A stretch of DNA of 32,000 nt from assembly GCF_000022265.1 (NCBI RefSeq), contig NC_011979.1, positions 2,370,001 through 2,402,000 of the forward strand. Reading direction: 5' to 3'. The notes beneath the pieces are model-generated. The model had not been told where the DNA came from. It searched no databases and was given only the letters and a program-made list of their open reading frames with translations. Below, in pieces: positions 15,135-24,173 of the stretch. The number at the start of each line of letters is the position of its first letter. The stretch's first letter is position 1. The stretch is from Geotalea daltonii FRC-32. Its GTDB lineage: Bacteria; Desulfobacterota; Desulfuromonadia; Geobacterales; Geobacteraceae. The position numbers and the translations under genes were made by a program.

Positions 15135-16081
15135 TGTCTCTCCTTCTTGGGCTTATCGGTATTTCTGGTCCGGCGGTCCTTGCGGCTTTTGTTTCCTTGG
15201 CTTCCGGTGGACGCAGGCCTTGCATCCGCCTTTACCTGCTCTTCCGCTTCCGGTTTCTGCGGCTTCTTCTGCCGGTCCGATATGTGCTCCGGTTTTATGT
15301 CATCCCCTTTGATGGTTACCAGTCCGTCGCTTTCCGACTTCACCGTAACCGTACCCTGCAGCACATTCAATTTTACCACTTCTCCTTCCACTGAACCGCA
15401 CTTGATCTGCTTGCCACACTTGGGCAGGCATTTTCTCAGGGAACAGTAGGTGTCGAATTCGTATGAGAGACAACAGAGAAGCCTTCCGCACTGGCCGGAG
15501 ATCTTGGTGGGATTAAGGGCCAGGTTCTGCTCCTTGGCCATTTTTACCGATACCGGCTCGAATTCACGAAGGTATGAAGAACAGCAGAGCTCTCTGCCGC
15601 AGATGCCTATTCCCCCCACCATTTTCGATTCATCGCGCACCCCGATCTGGCGCATTTCAATGCGGGTGTGAAAAGCATGGGCAAGATCCTTCACCAGTTC
15701 CCGGAAATCTACCCTGCCGTCGGCTGTGAAATAGAAGATGGCCTTGCTGCCGTCGAAGAGATATTCGACGCGCACCAGCTTCATTTCCATGCCGCGTTCC
15801 TTGATCTTTTCCAGACAGAAGCGGTGGGCTTCCTTTTCCTTGGCTGCATTTGTCGCTATTGTAGCCAGATCGGCCGCGTCGGCTTTCCTGAGGATGTTTT
15901 TCAGCCCTTCATGCAGGTGTTCTTCAGGAAATTCACGGGGGGCAACAACCACCGAGCCGATGCTTTTGCCCCGTTCCGTTTCGACTATTACCTTGTCGCC
16001 GGCTTTCAGTTCAATGTTGTTGGCATTGAAGTCGTAAAGCTTGCCGGCGGGGTTGAACTGTATTTTCACAATCTTGATCAA
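15131..16081 (-). CDS. PSP1-domain protein (YaaT/RicT-like) with a Lys/Arg-rich C-terminal tail
   Basis: 316 aa. RQIGVRDESKMVGGIGICGRELCCSSYLREFEPVSVKMAKEQNLALNPTKISGQCGRLLCCLSYE is the PSP1 cysteine signature. The stop overlaps the metG start by 4 nt. Confidence 0.85.
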   Translation of the reverse strand: MIKIVKIQFNPAGKLYDFNANNIELKAGDKVIVETERGKSIGSVVVAPREFPEEHLHEGLKNILRKADAADLATIATNAAKEKEAHRFCLEKIKERGMEMKLVRVEYLFDGSKAIFYFTADGRVDFRELVKDLAHAFHTRIEMRQIGVRDESKMVGGIGICGRELCCSSYLREFEPVSVKMAKEQNLALNPTKISGQCGRLLCCLSYEFDTYCSLRKCLPKCGKQIKCGSVEGEVVKLNVLQGTVTVKSESDGLVTIKGDDIKPEHISDRQKKPQKPEAEEQVKADARPASTGSQGNKSRKDRRTRNTDKPKKERQ

Positions 16082-16136
16082 TATATTTCCTCCGGGGGTG
16101 TATGCCCCCTTTCAGTTGATTTGTGTCTACCTGATA

Positions 16137-17099
16137 TTAGCGCTCTGCCAGCCTCATGAACAGAACTTCCAGGGCCAGACGCGTATTGACGTTGCGCAGC
16201 AAGGCAGTTCTTGTTGAAGCAACGTGCTCGATTTTTTCCATGATCCTGGCCCTGGAAAGCGTTCTTCCCTGTTCTTCCAGAAGCGGTAAAAGATCGGTGT
16301 TGATCATATCCGTATCGCCTGCGCTATGCAGAAGCATGTCTCGCAGGAATGACATCAGCACTTCAAGGACTGCGACGGCTTTTTCTTTCTCCGCTGCAAG
16401 CTCTTCGGCAGCAAGGAAAAGTGGGGCGATATCTGTCAGGGATAGCCCGAAGAGCCTGGTCAGGAGCTGCTTTCTTTCCGAAAGAATTTCGCCTTTACTT
16501 ATCTCCAAGGCATTGTTGATGCTGCCCCCGGCCAACGATGCAGAAAGATGTGCCGACTCGTTTTCGACACCTTTACTGATCAGGTATGACGTTATCGTCT
16601 CCTCCGGAAGTCCGTGAAAAACAAGCCGCTGGCAGCGGGACAGTATGGTCGGCAGCACTACGGACGGCTGGGATGTTACCAGGATGATCAGGGCATTGCC
16701 TGACGGTTCCTCCAAGGTCTTGAGCAGGGCGTTGCCTGCCGCCTGATTGAGACGCTCTGCCCCGTCGATGATGCACGCTTTCTTCGGTGCTTCAAAGGGC
16801 CGGTATGCAAGCTCTTTCTGCAGGCTTCTGATTTGGTCGATCTTGATGAAGGCCCCATCCGGCTCGATCAGGTGCATATCCGGGTGTTGCATCGAACTAA
16901 TTTTCCGACAGGAGGGGCAATGGCCGCAGCCGTCGCCCTTGCCGCAGAAAACGGCTTCTATGAGGGCAAGGGCGGTTGTCTTTTTTCCGCATCCTTCCAC
17001 ACCTTCGAAAAGATAAGCATGGGCAAGCCTGCCAGCTGCCAGGGAACGTTTGAGAACACTGATCGGGGTGTCCTGACCCAGGATATCGGCAAAAGACAT
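16137..17099 (-). CDS. holB: DNA polymerase III subunit delta'
   Basis: 320 aa. RLAHAYLFEGVEGCGKKTTALAL, the zinc module CGHCPSCRK, and SRCQRL are present. It starts 3 nt after the tmk stop. Confidence 0.9.
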   Translation of the reverse strand: MSFADILGQDTPISVLKRSLAAGRLAHAYLFEGVEGCGKKTTALALIEAVFCGKGDGCGHCPSCRKISSMQHPDMHLIEPDGAFIKIDQIRSLQKELAYRPFEAPKKACIIDGAERLNQAAGNALLKTLEEPSGNALIILVTSQPSVVLPTILSRCQRLVFHGLPEETITSYLISKGVENESAHLSASLAGGSINNALEISKGEILSERKQLLTRLFGLSLTDIAPLFLAAEELAAEKEKAVAVLEVLMSFLRDMLLHSAGDTDMINTDLLPLLEEQGRTLSRARIMEKIEHVASTRTALLRNVNTRLALEVLFMRLAER

Positions 17100-17102
17100 T
17101 TG

Positions 17103-17747
17103 CTAGTTCCCGTTTAGCCTGCCGATAACGGCAGTGGTGACGGCAACTCGTGTTTCATCAACATTGGTGCCGCCGTCAACGATGAGAAAACGTCCCTTTT
17201 CGTTCTCGGCCAGTTTCAGGTATCCATTCCGCACCTTTTGGTGGAATAGTGTTGATTCCAGTTCAAAACGTTCTTCGCGGGCGCCTGCAGAGATGCCATT
17301 GATTCTGGCCAGGGCACGTTTCAGCCCCACTTCAACCGGGCAGTCCAGCAGTATGGTCAACTGGGGCTTGAGTCCGGATGTGGCCAGCTGGTTCAGATAC
17401 CCTATTGAGTCAAGATCGAGTCCTCGGCCGTATCCCTGATAGGCAACGGTGGCATCGGTGAACCTGTCGCAGAGGACGATGCAATCGTCGGCCAGTGCCG
17501 GCTTGATGACCTCTTCCACATGTTGGGCACGGGCAGCCGCGTAAAGCAGGAGCTCGGCTGAGGGTGTCATGGCACTGTTTGCAGCATCAAGGAGAATGGC
17601 CCTGATCTGATCGGCGATGGGGCAGCCGCCGGGTTCCCGTGTCAGAAGGACTTTGAAGCCCTTTTCTGCCAGGTGCTGTTCAAGAAGTTTGATCTGGGTG
17701 GTCTTGCCGCACCCTTCAATGCCTTCAAATGTGATAAAACAGCCCAT
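17103..17747 (-). CDS. tmk: dTMP (thymidylate) kinase
   Basis: 214 aa. FITFEGIEGCGKTTQ P-loop, TREPGG, and DRFTDATVAYQGYGRG are present. Confidence 0.95.
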   Translation of the reverse strand: MGCFITFEGIEGCGKTTQIKLLEQHLAEKGFKVLLTREPGGCPIADQIRAILLDAANSAMTPSAELLLYAAARAQHVEEVIKPALADDCIVLCDRFTDATVAYQGYGRGLDLDSIGYLNQLATSGLKPQLTILLDCPVEVGLKRALARINGISAGAREERFELESTLFHQKVRNGYLKLAENEKGRFLIVDGGTNVDETRVAVTTAVIGRLNGN

Positions 17748-17837
17748 GACAAGCGCTCCATATGGTCAAAAATCGTTAAATTATATGGGACGAGGTGGAA
17801 TTAATCAAGACAAAATCACGTTAAAATGGCATATCTA

Positions 17838-17866
17838 TTGAAAGAGAAAGGTCATTTGTTTATAGT
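17838..17866 (+). promoter_or_regulatory. Candidate sigma70-type promoter for rnc (TTGAAA-17 nt-TATAGT)
   Basis: TTGAAA is at 17838-17843 and TATAGT at 17861-17866. They lie in the AT-rich divergent tmk/rnc gap, about 40 nt upstream of ATG 17906. Confidence 0.4.
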
Positions 17867-17905
17867 GAACTTTCCTTTTTAATTCTTGTGAAACTGAAGG
17901 TAAAT

Positions 17906-18622
17906 ATGTCTGAAGAAACATTCAAGTCAATTGCCGCTCTTGAAAAGCTCATCAATTATGATTTTACTGATAAATCCCTGCTAGTCGAGGCCTTGACCCA
18001 TCCATCCTTTGTCAACGAAAGCGGCGGCAAAGTGAGACAGGATAATCAGCGTCTTGAATTTTTAGGTGATGCAGTAGTCGGTCTGGTCCTGAGCCACGAT
18101 CTTTTCAGCCGCTTTCCGGACAGCAGGGAAGGGGAGTTGACTAAACTGAGGGCTTCACTTGTTGACGAAGCCTCTTTGGCCATACTTGCCAGGGCAATCG
18201 ATTTGGGTGCCCATTTAAAACTTGGTCGCGGCGAAGAGAGAAGTGGCGGACGCACTAAACCGTCTCTTTTGGCCGATGCCTATGAAGCTCTCTTGGCGGC
18301 AGTCTATCTTGATGGCGGCATCGAGCCAGCGGCGGCAATAATTAAAAGCCATTTTGCCTCCTTTATGGAAAAGAGGAATATAAGAACGTCGGGCAGGGAT
18401 TTCAAGACGGAATTCCAGGAACTGGCCCATCGGTTGCGAAGTCTTGCTCCCCGTTATTTATTGCAGGGAGTATCCGGACCCGACCATCAACGGATTTTTT
18501 CGGTAGCGGTTTTTATCGGCGAAGAATTCATGGGAGAGGGGTTAGCGAAGAGCAAGAAGGAGGCTGAACAAGCCGCTGCAGAGCAAGGAATTGCCTTTCT
18601 GAAAAAAAGCTCGCGACCTTAA
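17906..18622 (+). CDS. rnc: Ribonuclease III
   Basis: MSEETFKSIAALEKLINYDF... The RNase III signature is NQRLEFLGDAV. A dsRBD lies at the C-terminus (KSKKEAEQAAAEQ). ATG 17906 is preferred over the GTG 17888 of the ORF track. Confidence 0.9.
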   Translation: MSEETFKSIAALEKLINYDFTDKSLLVEALTHPSFVNESGGKVRQDNQRLEFLGDAVVGLVLSHDLFSRFPDSREGELTKLRASLVDEASLAILARAIDLGAHLKLGRGEERSGGRTKPSLLADAYEALLAAVYLDGGIEPAAAIIKSHFASFMEKRNIRTSGRDFKTEFQELAHRLRSLAPRYLLQGVSGPDHQRIFSVAVFIGEEFMGEGLAKSKKEAEQAAAEQGIAFLKKSSRP

Positions 18623-19699
18623 ATGACTGTAACCGTACCTTTTTTCATTTCCCACCTTGGCTGCCCCCATCAATGTGTTTTCTGCAATCAGATGGAAATT
18701 GCCGGAACGAAAGGCCAAATGCCCGGCCAAACGGAGATTTTGACCAAGGTTGCCGCTTACAGACGTTCAGGTGGATGTCGTCCTGTGCAGGTTGCATACT
18801 TTGGCGGGACATTTACCGCCTTGCCCCGTGCTGACCAGGAAAGGCTTCTTCAGCCCCTTCAGCCGCTTTTAGTCTCCGGAGAGGTTGAATCCATACGCAT
18901 ATCGACGCGACCGGACTGCGTGGATGTGGAAACTGCCCAATTTCTTCGCGGGATGGGGGTCCGGGTCGTGGAGCTGGGAATCCAGTCCATGGCGGATGAG
19001 GTTCTGGAGATGTCCGGCCGAGGCCATGCCGCTGCCCATGTGGAGCGGGCGGCCAGTGTTCTGCGACAAGCAGGCCTTCTATGGGGAGCCCAGCTGATGC
19101 CGGGGCTTCCTGGGGATTCACCGGCAAAGGCCATGGCTTCCCTGGAACGGGTGATCGCTTTGGAGCCATCCTGTCTCCGTATCTATCCGACTCTCGTCAT
19201 CAAAGATACTCCTTTGGCGTCCCTGTTTGAACAGGGGCTTTACGAGCCGCTGACCATGGAGACTGGGATCTGTCTCTGCATGGCAATGCTCCACCGTGCC
19301 TCGCAGGCCCGTCTGCCGGTAATTCGCATGGGGCTGCAGCCTACTGTGGAGCTTGATGCAGCGGGCACCGTACTTGCCGGCCCCTATCACCCGGCATTTC
19401 GTTGCCTGGTCGAGTCAGAGCTTTGTTTCCGGCTTCTTTCCGGGCTGGTGAAAGGTTTCGGAGTTGGTACTCCTGTGCGGATAGCCTGTGCATCAGGCCG
19501 GATATCCAACGTTATCGGCCATAAAAGGTCGAATGTGGAACGCTTGGAGCAAAAGCACGGGATCAAGGTATTGTCAATCCAGGGCGAACCCGCTCTTTCT
19601 GTATTCGAAGTTATTGTCGAGGCCGACGGGAAGAAGCTGCGGGGGCATCTGCTTGATGATCTGGATCCAGGGCAATTTCTTCCTTTCATTAGGTCCTGA
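18623..19699 (+). CDS. Radical SAM protein, ELP3-like/COG1243-type core
   Basis: 358 aa. FFISHLGCPHQCVFCNQ carries the CxxxCxxC cluster. The ATG directly abuts the rnc stop (TAAATG). Confidence 0.75.
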   Translation: MTVTVPFFISHLGCPHQCVFCNQMEIAGTKGQMPGQTEILTKVAAYRRSGGCRPVQVAYFGGTFTALPRADQERLLQPLQPLLVSGEVESIRISTRPDCVDVETAQFLRGMGVRVVELGIQSMADEVLEMSGRGHAAAHVERAASVLRQAGLLWGAQLMPGLPGDSPAKAMASLERVIALEPSCLRIYPTLVIKDTPLASLFEQGLYEPLTMETGICLCMAMLHRASQARLPVIRMGLQPTVELDAAGTVLAGPYHPAFRCLVESELCFRLLSGLVKGFGVGTPVRIACASGRISNVIGHKRSNVERLEQKHGIKVLSIQGEPALSVFEVIVEADGKKLRGHLLDDLDPGQFLPFIRS

Positions 19700-19756
19700 A
19701 ATCCCGTATATCCATATAGGTAAAAAAATCTTCAAAAGGGCGCCCAGGAGGTCCGT

Positions 19757-20650
19757 TTGACCGAACAGCAGTTCCATTCAGGCTTCGTATCCATTATCGG
19801 CAGGCCAAATGTGGGAAAATCAACGCTTCTCAACAAAATTCTCGGTGACAAGATCGTCATAACCTCCGATAAGCCGCAGACAACGAGGAATCGAATCCAG
19901 GGCATTCACAACTTGCCCGGTTGCCAGATAGTGTTCATCGATACTCCTGGCATCCATCGGGCCAAGTCCAGGCTGAACAAATACATGGTTGATGTGGCCC
20001 TTTCCTCCATCAAGGAGGTGGATGTGATCCTTTTCCTGGTGGAGGCGGACACAAAACCGGCCAACCAGGAGGAGACGATCCTTGGTGCGTTGGCCAGCGC
20101 CGAAGCTCCTGTCGTTCTTGTCATCAACAAGGTTGACCTGGTGGCCAAGGAGTCCCTGCTGGAGAAGATGGCAGCCTATTCAGGCCTCTACCCGTTTCGT
20201 GAGGTGATCCCAGTCTCAGCCCTGACTGGAGACAACACAGGCCGGCTGGTTCAGGTCGTTCGCGATCTGCTTCCGGAGGGGCCGCCTTATTTTCCCGATG
20301 ACATACTGACCGATGTTCCGGAGCGTTTTGTCGTGGCGGAAATAGTCAGGGAGAAGGTTTTCCGTCTGACCCACGATGAGGTTCCCTATTCGGTGGCGGT
20401 GGTTGTGGAGAGCTTCAAGGAGCGTGATGACGGTCTGATATTGATTTCTGCAGTCATCAACGTCGAGAGGGACTCGCAAAAGGGCATCATCATTGGCAGG
20501 AAGGGCGAAATGTTGAAGAAGATCGGCATGCAGGCCCGACGGGAGATAGAGGAACTGCTCGACACCAGGATATTTCTGGAGCTGTTCGTCAGGGTAAGCC
20601 GGGAATGGAGCGAAAACAAGCAGATGCTGAAGGAGTTTGGTTACGAATGA
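19757..20650 (+). CDS. era: GTPase Era
   Basis: 297 aa. G1 is [12 protein letters not shown], followed by DTPG and NKVD. A KH domain lies at the C-terminus. The TTG start is 6 nt after AGGAGG (19745-19750). Confidence 0.93.
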   Translation: MTEQQFHSGFVSIIGRPNVGKSTLLNKILGDKIVITSDKPQTTRNRIQGIHNLPGCQIVFIDTPGIHRAKSRLNKYMVDVALSSIKEVDVILFLVEADTKPANQEETILGALASAEAPVVLVINKVDLVAKESLLEKMAAYSGLYPFREVIPVSALTGDNTGRLVQVVRDLLPEGPPYFPDDILTDVPERFVVAEIVREKVFRLTHDEVPYSVAVVVESFKERDDGLILISAVINVERDSQKGIIIGRKGEMLKKIGMQARREIEELLDTRIFLELFVRVSREWSENKQMLKEFGYE

Positions 20651-21972
20651 AACCTTTGATAGCTATAGTAGGACGGCCCAATGTGGGTAAATCGACCCTC
20701 TTCAACCGTCTTGTCGGGCGCCGCAAGGCGATGGTCGACGACATGCCGGGAGTTACCCGTGACCGAAATTATGCAGACGTAAACCGGTTTGATGTGCCGT
20801 TCATTCTCATCGATACCGGTGGTTTCGAGCCGGAAACCAGCGACAGGCTGTTGCAGCAGATGCGCGAACAGTCGCAGTTGGCCATGGACGAGGCTGATCT
20901 GATCCTTTTTGTCATGGATGGCAGGGACGGCTTGACGCCGGCCGATGTGGAAGTAGTCGAAATGCTTCGCCGCGTCAACAAGCCGGTTTTCTACGTCGTC
21001 AACAAGATCGACGGCGACCGTCAGGAAAATGCGGCGGGAGATTTCTACAGCCTGGGCATCGAGCAGATATTTACCATATCCGCTGAGCATAATCGTGGCG
21101 TCAATGATCTGATGGAAGAAGTGATTGCTGCCCTGCCTAACAAAACTGCCCCGGCAGTCGACGAGGAGGTGACCAGGATCGCCGTCATCGGTCGGCCGAA
21201 TGTGGGGAAATCCACATTGGTCAACCGCCTGCTGGGGGTCGAGCGGGTGGTGGCAAATCCAACCCCGGGCACCACCAGGGATTCCATCGACACCTACTTC
21301 AACTGCAACAAAAAACGCTATCTGTTGATAGACACAGCAGGTATTAGACGCAAGGGGAAAACCACCGAAAAGATAGAGAAATACAGCGTGGTCGACTCCT
21401 TGCGCAGCATAGAGCGGGCGGACGTGGTCTTGATCGTCATAGATGCCGAGGAAGGGGTTACCGAGCAGGACACGAAGATCGCCGGCTATGCCTTTGAAGC
21501 AGGACGAGGCTGCATCTTCGTCGTCAATAAATGGGATGCCATCTCCAAAGACAATGCCTCCATGGGTATATTTGTCGAAAAAATACGCATGGAATTCAAG
21601 TACCTCCCCTTTGCCCCCATTGTTTTTGTTTCGGCAAAAACCGGACAGCGGCTGGGCAAGATCATGACAGAAGTGGATTCGGTCATGGAGCAGTTTGCCA
21701 AACGTATCAGCACTTCCGACCTGAACAGAGTGTTCAGCAAGGCCGTTGAGGAACACCATGCGCCGCTGTATCAGGGGCGCCGGGTGAAATTCTATTTTGC
21801 CACCCAGGTGGGAACCAAGCCTCCTTCCATTGTCATTTTTACCAATCGCCCCGATGGTGTGCACTTTTCCTATGAGCGATACATTATAAACCGGTTCAGG
21901 GACGCCTTCGGTTTTACCGGCACCCCGATGCGCCTGCTTTTCAAGGGGAGGGAAGGGCGGAAAAGGGGGTAA
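20647..21972 (+). CDS. der: Ribosome-biogenesis GTPase Der (EngA), double G-domain
   Basis: [22 protein letters not shown] plus a second P-loop at [21 protein letters not shown] 20647 overlaps the era stop (ATGA). The upstream extension to 20605 was rejected. Confidence 0.95.
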   Translation: MKPLIAIVGRPNVGKSTLFNRLVGRRKAMVDDMPGVTRDRNYADVNRFDVPFILIDTGGFEPETSDRLLQQMREQSQLAMDEADLILFVMDGRDGLTPADVEVVEMLRRVNKPVFYVVNKIDGDRQENAAGDFYSLGIEQIFTISAEHNRGVNDLMEEVIAALPNKTAPAVDEEVTRIAVIGRPNVGKSTLVNRLLGVERVVANPTPGTTRDSIDTYFNCNKKRYLLIDTAGIRRKGKTTEKIEKYSVVDSLRSIERADVVLIVIDAEEGVTEQDTKIAGYAFEAGRGCIFVVNKWDAISKDNASMGIFVEKIRMEFKYLPFAPIVFVSAKTGQRLGKIMTEVDSVMEQFAKRISTSDLNRVFSKAVEEHHAPLYQGRRVKFYFATQVGTKPPSIVIFTNRPDGVHFSYERYIINRFRDAFGFTGTPMRLLFKGREGRKRG

Positions 21973-21979
21973 ATCGTGC

Positions 21980-22009
21980 TTTACTTTAGATACATGTATG
22001 GTTTAATAT
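21980..22009 (+). promoter_or_regulatory. Weak candidate sigma70-type promoter for the che-like operon (TTTACT-18 nt-TAATAT)
   Basis: TTTACT is at 21980-21985 and TAATAT at 22004-22009. They lie in the 77-nt AT-rich gap after der. Confidence 0.25.
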
Positions 22010-22049
22010 GAACCCCTGTTACTGAACCCCATAACTGAGTTATATTTCT

Positions 22050-23768
22050 ATGAGTCTTGTCGGAAACTTGGAAGATCTCGGTCTTGGCGAGATACTGCAG
22101 ATAGTCAGCCTGAGTCGGAAGTCCGGAGTTCTCGCTCTTCACAGTCGAGGGAGAGAGGCAAGGATCATTTTCCGTAGCGGACAGGTTATCCGTGCAAACT
22201 CAAGTTCAAATCAGCAAAATCTTGGCGAGGTATTGATCCAGAAGGGGATCATCGATCTCGCTATCCTAAAGCAGGCCCTCAATATCCAGAAGGATGAGGG
22301 GGGGGGCGAGCTTCTCGGAACAATCCTGGTCAAACAATTCAATGTCAATCCGGATGCCATCGAAGATGTGGTCCGTGAACAAATTGAGTCCGTCATCTAC
22401 TCTCTCTTTGCCTGGGCGGAAGGTAACTTTGATTTTGAGCTTCAGGACACTGCTGAAGCCGTCGATAAAACAAAGATGGATCCCTTGCAGTTTATGCTGG
22501 AACAGGGGCTGAATCCACAGTTTCTTGCAATGGAAGGATCCAGGATCATCGATGAAAAACGGCATCGTGGGGAATCACTGGATGATCATGTGGCTGAAGA
22601 GGCCTCGGTCCATGTCGAAGATAATGTGGATATGGCTTTCGATCTCCTGCATTCGCCTGGGCAAGAGCCGGAACAGGCCTCTGTGCCGGAACCTTCGCCC
22701 GGTCTGTCTACTCAGGTTAAAAAGCGGCTGGTCTTGATCGTCGACGATGACGGGGATACACGGAATGCCATATCTTCCATCCTCGAAAGCGATGGTTATG
22801 AGGTTTTCTCCTGTGAAAAGAGCGAGGATGCGCTGATAAAACTTGACAGCTTCTGCCGGGAGGGTCGGGATCCTGCTGTTGTTGTTGACCTGATCATGCC
22901 CAGAATGGACGGTTCCGGCATCCTCGGGGGGCTTGAGCTTCTTGAGTTGATCGGCAACAATTTCGCTTCGCTTCCAGTGCTGGTATTGACTGACTATCAT
23001 AACAGCGATGCGGAGCGAAAGGTTAAGGGGATGGGTTTTCCCGTGATGCTGAAGCCCAGAAAGACCGAGATCGGCGATGCTGCCATGGTTCAGTCCTTCG
23101 GTGACACGTTCCTTTGCGAGCTGATGAGGGTTGAATCCTGTGGAGGTCAAGCCGTTCCCGCAGACAAGATCAATATCGGCGATGAACTGCGGCTCGAGAT
23201 GGGGGATGACACCCCGGTTCGGACACAGCCGGTTGAACAGAGCACGGGTATAACTTTACTGAGGGGCATGCTGGATGAACTCAATAACCCATCACTTGGG
23301 GGGGGGATAATCTTGCTGGTGCTCCGTTTTGCCTCGGAATTCATGAACCGCGCCGTCATACTTATCGTCAAAAAAGACGAGATTGCCGGACTCGGGCAAT
23401 TCGGCATAAGCGACAGCGAAGGAAATGCCGATGCGAAAATAAGGAACATGCGTATTCCCAGAGGGGAATATTCGCTGTTCAGTGAAGTTATCGATGGGCA
23501 GTTGCCGGTAAAGGTTCAGCCTGACTCGGGAAAATGGACCAGATATTTTGTCGGGCAGTTGGGGGGAGGGGTGCCGACGGAATTCTTCATGGGTCCTATA
23601 GTCAGTGAAGGTAAAGTGGTAGCCGTTCTCTATGGTGACAATATCCCTGATGCCAAGCCGATAGGGGATACGGATTCTCTGGAAATCTTCCTTTCCCAGG
23701 CAGGTCTGGCGATGGAAAAGGCCCTTTTGCAGCGCAGATTAAAGGATAAAAGCCGGGAGGAGCTGTGA
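22050..23768 (+). CDS. DUF4388 (PATAN-like) - receiver (REC) - GAF-like C-terminal domain protein
   Basis: 572 aa. The N-terminus GNLEDLGLGEILQIVSLSRKSGVLAL is the DUF4388 signature. The REC domain spans about aa 224-340 with a complete active site: IVDDDGD, VVVDLIMP, LVLTDY, MLKP. The C-terminal ~170 aa (ILLVLRFASEFMNRAVILIVKKDE...VAVLYGDN) looks GAF-like. Confidence 0.8.
   Translation: MSLVGNLEDLGLGEILQIVSLSRKSGVLALHSRGREARIIFRSGQVIRANSSSNQQNLGEVLIQKGIIDLAILKQALNIQKDEGGGELLGTILVKQFNVNPDAIEDVVREQIESVIYSLFAWAEGNFDFELQDTAEAVDKTKMDPLQFMLEQGLNPQFLAMEGSRIIDEKRHRGESLDDHVAEEASVHVEDNVDMAFDLLHSPGQEPEQASVPEPSPGLSTQVKKRLVLIVDDDGDTRNAISSILESDGYEVFSCEKSEDALIKLDSFCREGRDPAVVVDLIMPRMDGSGILGGLELLELIGNNFASLPVLVLTDYHNSDAERKVKGMGFPVMLKPRKTEIGDAAMVQSFGDTFLCELMRVESCGGQAVPADKINIGDELRLEMGDDTPVRTQPVEQSTGITLLRGMLDELNNPSLGGGIILLVLRFASEFMNRAVILIVKKDEIAGLGQFGISDSEGNADAKIRNMRIPRGEYSLFSEVIDGQLPVKVQPDSGKWTRYFVGQLGGGVPTEFFMGPIVSEGKVVAVLYGDNIPDAKPIGDTDSLEIFLSQAGLAMEKALLQRRLKDKSREEL
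22298..22306 (+). repeat. G9 homopolymer tract inside the DUF4388-REC gene (codons E83-G86)
   Basis: Nine consecutive G read directly (gat gaG GGG GGG GGc gag). Confidence 0.95.
23298..23306 (+). repeat. Second G9 homopolymer tract in the same gene (codons G417-G419)
   Basis: Nine consecutive G read directly (ctt GGG GGG GGG ata). A further G6-A-G4 lies at 23561-23571. Confidence 0.95.
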
Positions 23769-24130
23769 AAAAGATATTGATAGCAGAAGACTCTAATACC
23801 ATGCGCTCATTGCTGATCTCAACAATAGACTCCATGGACAGATACGAAATCGTCGAAGCAGCCAGCGGGTTCGAGGCTCTTCGTCTGTTGCCCCGCGAAC
23901 AGGTTCACCTCATCATCACCGATATAAACATGCCTGATATAAATGGTCTTGAATTGATAAGCTATGTGAGAAACAACCCCAACTATCAAGATATCCCTCT
24001 TTTCATCATATCGACGGAAAGCAGTGACAAGGATCTTGAGAAGGGACTCGCCCTTGGTGCCAATGAATACCTGGTAAAACCCTTCGATCCTGTCAAGCTG
24101 CAGGAACTCATTGGCAGATATCTTGGGTAA
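23765..24130 (+). CDS. cheY: CheY-like single-domain response regulator
   Basis: 121 aa. IAEDS, IITDINMP, FIISTES and YLVKPF are present. The GTG start overlaps the upstream stop (GTGA). Confidence 0.85.
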   Translation: MKKILIAEDSNTMRSLLISTIDSMDRYEIVEAASGFEALRLLPREQVHLIITDINMPDINGLELISYVRNNPNYQDIPLFIISTESSDKDLEKGLALGANEYLVKPFDPVKLQELIGRYLG

Positions 24131-24173
24131 TTTTCGGTTAGGCAGGGAGTCAAAATCAATAGGGTGAGAGTTT

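Noticed and set aside
20641-21864. 407-aa minus-strand ORF antisense to der
   Set aside because: Shadow ORF. The der reading frame carries two canonical GTPase domains, and the antisense product has no motifs.
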